Source of the DNA: Eledone cirrhosa
Lineage: Eukaryota
Length of the DNA: 64,000 bases
Direction of reading: 5' to 3'
Assembly (NCBI GenBank): GCA_964016885.1
Contig: OZ024744.1
Coordinates: 102,114,001 to 102,178,000 of the forward strand
Part shown: in pieces, positions 63,230 through 64,000 of the stretch
How positions within the stretch are numbered: the first letter of the stretch is position 1
Layout of the letters: each line of letters starts with the position of its first letter
Translations under genes and position numbers: made by a program
The notes under the pieces: model-generated
Seen by the model: the letters and a program-made list of their open reading frames with translations, nothing else
Databases searched by the model: none
What the model was told of the DNA's origin: nothing

Positions 63230-63881
63230 GGTTGGCATTAGGAAAGGCATAGAAACCAATCCAGAATCAGTTCTGTATGAGCAAGACATGGTCACCTGAT
63301 ATGATTTGTCTCACAACGGGACAACTCGTCTAACCCATGCTAGCTAGCATGGAAGAATGGATGTCAAAATGTTAATACGAATAAATAACTGGATTCTCAT
63401 TCATTTATTCATCAACTCAAACTAAGAAAAAAGTCAGCATATATGTTTATAATTTGGAGTATTATTGTCTTTTATTATATTACAGGGTCGGTGGATTGGC
63501 AGTATCGGTAGAGGGTCGGACGCCATGCTTTCCAGCATAGTTACGTCCCTTTACGATCTGAGTTCAAATCCCGCCGAGGTTGACTTTGCATTTCATCCTT
63601 ACAGGGTCGATAAAATAAAGTACCAGTAATGTACTGGGTAATTGCTGGCCTTGTGCCTAAAGTAGAAACAATTATATTATAAACATATATGTTATGTCTT
63701 TTATTCTTATCTAATCTTTGTTTTATCATTAATGTAAATTTCCTAAAATCCAACCATTGCTGAAAACATAATGGATGTTGTCTTTTTGAAAACACATTCT
63801 GTTAACACCAGACCGTAATTTGGTGTGTAGTTTAATAAAGCTCTATTTATTACATTTCTACAGGCACAATTAGGTATTATG
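8945..63881 (+). CDS. RRBP1: RRBP1 (p180)/kinectin-family ER coiled-coil protein, partial multi-exon gene (27 exons, ~911 aa in window; 5' and 3' ends outside)
   Basis: Hand-assembled GT-AG exons join with matching phases and no stops. The spliced peptide contains [47 protein letters not shown] and [27 protein letters not shown], matching from memory conserved RRBP1/KTN1 blocks ([14 protein letters not shown]; [12 protein letters not shown]). An invertebrate gene is probably co-orthologous to RRBP1 and KTN1. Confidence 0.85.
9282..9536 (-). mobile_element. 3' fragment of a second RTE subfamily
   Basis: Reverse translation [24 protein letters not shown] / [15 protein letters not shown] followed by a GAT-type tail. 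Confidence 0.85.
10157..10237 (+). CDS. RRBP1: Repeat exon R2 (81 nt): [26 protein letters not shown]
   Basis: Same acceptor/donor context as R1; in-frame indels only. Confidence 0.75.
10569..10667 (-). mobile_element. RTE APE-endonuclease N-terminal fragment
   Basis: [30 protein letters not shown]. Confidence 0.8.
11221..11298 (+). CDS. RRBP1: Repeat exon R3 (78 nt): [25 protein letters not shown]
   Basis: AG/GT intact, open frame. Confidence 0.75.
11420..11714 (-). mobile_element. CRE-clade non-LTR retrotransposon REL-endonuclease fossil (copied at ~12710-13005, ~15610-15903, ~16910-17082)
   Basis: Reverse translation [14 protein letters not shown]... then [22 protein letters not shown]...[12 protein letters not shown]. 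Confidence 0.7.
12528..12599 (+). CDS. RRBP1: Repeat exon R4 (72 nt): [23 protein letters not shown]
   Basis: AG/GT intact, open frame. Confidence 0.72.
13096..14690 (-). mobile_element. 5'-truncated RTE-clade LINE (RT C-terminal half, 3' UTR, (GAT)n tail)
   Basis: ORF 13607-14690 with [41 protein letters not shown]; (CAT)n at 13096; AAAAAT TSD at 13090-13095 and 14691-14696; empty sites in paralogous units. Confidence 0.95.
15415..15486 (+). CDS. RRBP1: Repeat exon R5 (72 nt): [23 protein letters not shown]
   Basis: AG/GT intact, open frame. Confidence 0.72.
16712..16789 (+). CDS. RRBP1: Repeat exon R6 (78 nt): [25 protein letters not shown]
   Basis: AG/GT intact, open frame. Confidence 0.72.
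17556..17648 (+). CDS. RRBP1: Repeat exon R7 (93 nt): [30 protein letters not shown]
   Basis: Near-copy of R1; phase 1 joins the exon at 18547. Confidence 0.8.
17967..18257. repeat. ~58-bp tandem repeat x5
   Basis: TGTATTTAATGGGGTGTGGTTAAATTAAACTGGTATATTTAGATATGATCTGATAATAC. Confidence 0.9.
18547..18599 (+). CDS. RRBP1: Exon (53 nt, phase 1-0): [18 protein letters not shown]
   Basis: tttcAG / GTaatt; phase-consistent. Confidence 0.75.
18711..18768 (+). CDS. RRBP1: Exon (58 nt, phase 0-1): [19 protein letters not shown]
   Basis: Poly-T tract + tAG / GTttgt. Confidence 0.75.
19000..24950. repeat. 20-bp satellite GCTATAGACTGTGGTTCAT(G/T), ~297 units
   Basis: Direct tandem repetition with few variant positions and occasional 18-bp units. 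Confidence 0.98.
25067..25287 (+). CDS. RRBP1: Exon (221 nt, phase 1-0): [15 protein letters not shown]...KYQKVIE, coiled coil
   Basis: ttttAG / GTtagt; overlaps ORF 25108-25311. Confidence 0.85.
26517..26614 (-). mobile_element. 5'-truncated SINE family 1 with TSD
   Basis: GGCTTAGTTTAATAAT repeated at 26501-26516 and 26612-26627. Confidence 0.85.
27190..27227 (+). CDS. RRBP1: Exon (38 nt, phase 0-2): [12 protein letters not shown]
   Basis: catAG / GTgagt; needed to bridge phases. Confidence 0.8.
27314..27503 (-). mobile_element. tRNA-derived SINE family 1 (MetaSINE-like core), near full length
   Basis: A-box TGGCAGTATCGG, B-box GAGTTCAAATCC, core GCCTTTCATCCTTACGGGGTCGATAAAATAAAGTACCAG; TAATAAT flanking repeat. 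Confidence 0.85.
28298..29258 (+). mobile_element. RTE-clade LINE fragment, same family, truncated at both ends
   Basis: ORF 28265-29233 aligns almost residue-for-residue with 13607-14719; lacks YADD and tail. Confidence 0.93.
29323..29473 (+). CDS. RRBP1: Exon (151 nt, phase 2-0): [11 protein letters not shown]...KELQNEK
   Basis: ttctAG / GTaaga; ORF 29309-29503. Confidence 0.85.
30252..30440 (+). CDS. RRBP1: Exon (189 nt): [11 protein letters not shown]...YEEIKNK
   Basis: ttcAG / GTaaat; ORF 30192-30482. Confidence 0.85.
31449..31496 (+). CDS. RRBP1: Exon (48 nt): [16 protein letters not shown]
   Basis: atcAG / GTaatt. Confidence 0.8.
32133..32345 (+). mobile_element. Decayed RTE LINE C-terminal fragment (third subfamily)
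   Basis: [12 protein letters not shown] / [10 protein letters not shown] / RGRPRANW across frameshifts. Confidence 0.7.
33255..33299 (-). ncRNA. Minimal type I hammerhead ribozyme-like motif (Penelope-like element type)
   Basis: Minus strand GCT-CTGATGA-T-TCCAGA-cttata-TCTGGA-T-GAAAC-gatt-GTA-AGC. Confidence 0.6.
33917..34089 (+). CDS. RRBP1: Exon (173 nt, phase 0-2): [11 protein letters not shown]...[14 protein letters not shown]...LIEHER
   Basis: tatAG / GTaagt; open frame. Confidence 0.82.
35112..35298 (+). CDS. RRBP1: Exon (187 nt, phase 2-0): [11 protein letters not shown]...KVWHAKND
   Basis: tacAG / GTgagt; joins the NWKAMEAL exon. Confidence 0.87.
36350..36553. repeat. (CT)n/(CATT)n compound microsatellite
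   Basis: Direct inspection. Confidence 0.9.
37447..38360. repeat. 28/32-bp minisatellite, ~30 units
   Basis: CTA(GTAA)GTCTGTTGTAAAGTATATTGTCAAT. Confidence 0.95.
39289..39339 (+). CDS. RRBP1: Exon (51 nt): [17 protein letters not shown] (family signature)
   Basis: ttcAG / GTaagt; RRBP1/KTN1 motif. Confidence 0.9.
39748..39828 (+). CDS. RRBP1: Exon (81 nt): [27 protein letters not shown]
   Basis: ttcAG / GTaagc. Confidence 0.87.
39923..40081. mobile_element. hAT/Charlie-like MITE
   Basis: Ends TAGGCATGGGCAACC / GTTTGCTCACGACTG; 8-bp flanks TATTAGAT / TAATAGAT. Confidence 0.7.
40194..40253 (+). CDS. RRBP1: Exon (60 nt): [20 protein letters not shown]
   Basis: ttcAG / GTaatt; WxxxFExKA motif as in kinectin. 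Confidence 0.87.
40440..40770 (-). mobile_element. CRE-clade retrotransposon 3' fragment
   Basis: ORF 40513-40767 ...[40 protein letters not shown]; nucleotide similarity to 11468-11507. Confidence 0.72.
40991..41158 (+). CDS. RRBP1: Exon (168 nt): [11 protein letters not shown]...LKESENN
   Basis: ttcAG / GTaagt. Confidence 0.85.
41897..42093. mobile_element. piggyBac-like MITE family A (~200 bp; also ~9819-10027, 29604-30040, 35379-36077, ~38817-39032, ~51146-51361, ~51980-52178)
   Basis: TTAA|CCCTTTAGCATT...AATGCTGAAGGG|TTAA. Confidence 0.85.
42616..42873 (+). CDS. RRBP1: Exon (258 nt): [12 protein letters not shown]...YQNLLLTT
   Basis: ttcAG / GTaagt; ORF 42658-42975. Confidence 0.87.
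42965..43189. mobile_element. piggyBac-like MITE family B (also ~50832-51051, ~53508-53707, ~28130-28300)
   Basis: TTAA|CCCTTT...AAAGGG|TTAA; splits a SINE head. Confidence 0.8.
43520..43755. repeat. Degenerate GC-richer tandem repeat
   Basis: Recurring CAGA(A/G)GCCCTG(G)AAAAG...GGGC(C/T)CTGTC. Confidence 0.7.
45748..46188. repeat. Long inverted repeat/foldback element (~162-bp arms)
   Basis: 45748-45909 is the near-exact reverse complement of 46026-46188. Confidence 0.92.
46428..46499 (+). CDS. RRBP1: Exon (72 nt): [24 protein letters not shown]
   Basis: tgcAG / GTttgt; [10 protein letters not shown] motif. Confidence 0.88.
46593..47200 (-). mobile_element. Decayed mariner transposase
   Basis: Across frames: [67 protein letters not shown]. 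Confidence 0.85.
47546..47584 (+). CDS. RRBP1: Exon (39 nt): [13 protein letters not shown]
   Basis: tttAG / GTaagt. Confidence 0.82.
48461..48643 (+). CDS. RRBP1: Exon (183 nt): SLQYVETQ...[30 protein letters not shown]
   Basis: tatAG / GTaagt; open frame. Confidence 0.87.
48717..48839. mobile_element. pogo/Tigger-like MITE end (related at ~60357-60456 and ~26295-26324)
   Basis: Shared terminal TTATATTCGAGTATATACAGTA and internal GATTAGCTGCC. Confidence 0.55.
49002..49043 (+). CDS. RRBP1: Exon (42 nt): [14 protein letters not shown]
   Basis: tttAG / GTaagt. Confidence 0.8.
49275..49571. mobile_element. hAT/Charlie-like MITE
   Basis: TIR CAGAGATTCTCAAA / TTTGAGAACCTCTG; 8-bp flanks ATTTAAGG / ATTTAGAG. 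Confidence 0.75.
56269..56346 (+). CDS. RRBP1: Exon (78 nt): [26 protein letters not shown]
   Basis: ttcAG / GTaagt; coiled-coil composition. Confidence 0.8.
56956..56996 (+). ncRNA. Degenerate minimal hammerhead-like motif
   Basis: ATCA-CTGATGA-caGATA-aa-TATCca-GAAAT-agct-ATC-TGGT; palindromic helix III. Confidence 0.45.
57238..57461. repeat. (TA)n/(TG)n compound microsatellite
   Basis: Direct inspection. Confidence 0.92.
58341..58615. repeat. ~38-bp tandem repeat x~7
   Basis: TTGTGTAGTGTTGAGTGTTTCAATTGCTCCATGGTTAG. Confidence 0.9.
59231..59427. mobile_element. Mariner-derived MITE
   Basis: Imperfect TIRs GGGAGTGCTGAAAAGTTCC / GGAACCTTTTCAGTGCCCCC. Confidence 0.65.
61197..61347 (+). mobile_element. 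tRNA-derived SINE family 2 (also 33040-33205 minus, 31256-31420 minus, ~54457-54600; 3' parts ~30535-30745, 32645-32790, 44470-44628)
   Basis: TGGCTTAGTGG A-box, GGTTCAATTC B-box, CCTTGAGCAAGACACTTTATTTCAC core. Confidence 0.75.
61539..61876 (+). mobile_element. RTE 3'-UTR fragment with (GAT)n tail (many similar: 11985-12345, 14873-15230, 16168-16525, 30770-31255, 33675-33790, 35566-35830, 48210-48378, 63228-63365)
   Basis: Reverse complement of 13096-13600; hallmark GGATGCCCTTCCTAACACCAACC. Confidence 0.88.
62427..62878. repeat. Inverted repeat (~88-bp arms)
   Basis: 62427-62514 versus 62789-62878. Confidence 0.85.
63140..63226. repeat. (CA)n microsatellite
   Basis: Uninterrupted CA run of ~43 units. 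Confidence 0.95.
63484..63670 (+). mobile_element. tRNA-derived SINE family 1 (older copies at ~25750-26155, 36100-36260, 43300-43385, 52285-52435, 53310-53460, 57462-57592)
   Basis: Same A/B boxes and core; ATTATATTA direct repeat on both sides. Confidence 0.85.
63864..63881 (+). CDS. RRBP1: Candidate microexon (18 nt): AQLGIM
   Basis: tttctacAG / GTgagt; phase 0-0. Confidence 0.6.
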
Positions 63882-64000
63882 GTGAGTAGGGTAAAGGAAT
63901 ATTACATCATTTTGCTTTAAAACTGCTCCCCATTCCATGCTTTGTTCTGGAAAAGGTTTTTGATATCCATTTTTTTTTTTTTTTTTTTTTTTTCCTGTGG

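Overview
AT-rich, intron- and repeat-rich eukaryotic genomic DNA. The repeat landscape looks molluscan/cephalopod to me; that is an inference, not a database result. The whole window lies inside one + strand gene encoding an RRBP1 (p180)/kinectin-family ER coiled-coil protein. I reconstructed 27 phase-consistent GT-AG exons (8945-63881, about 911 codons); both termini lie outside the window. Diagnostic motifs are [23 protein letters not shown]...WMKTFEQKA and [13 protein letters not shown]. The first seven exons are a tandem array of paralogous, symmetric phase-1 Lys/Ser/Pro-rich cassette exons (93/81/78/72/72/78/93 nt) made by nested segmental duplication. The introns hold a 72-bp minisatellite (at least 8.3 kb), a 20-bp satellite (about 6 kb), and two young RTE LINE fragments whose RT carries an inserted PHD-type zinc finger. 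They also hold CRE-clade and mariner fossils, two tRNA-derived SINE families, piggyBac-like, hAT and mariner MITEs, several foldback elements, and Penelope-type minimal hammerhead-ribozyme motifs. Most ORFs in the supplied track are repeat artefacts.
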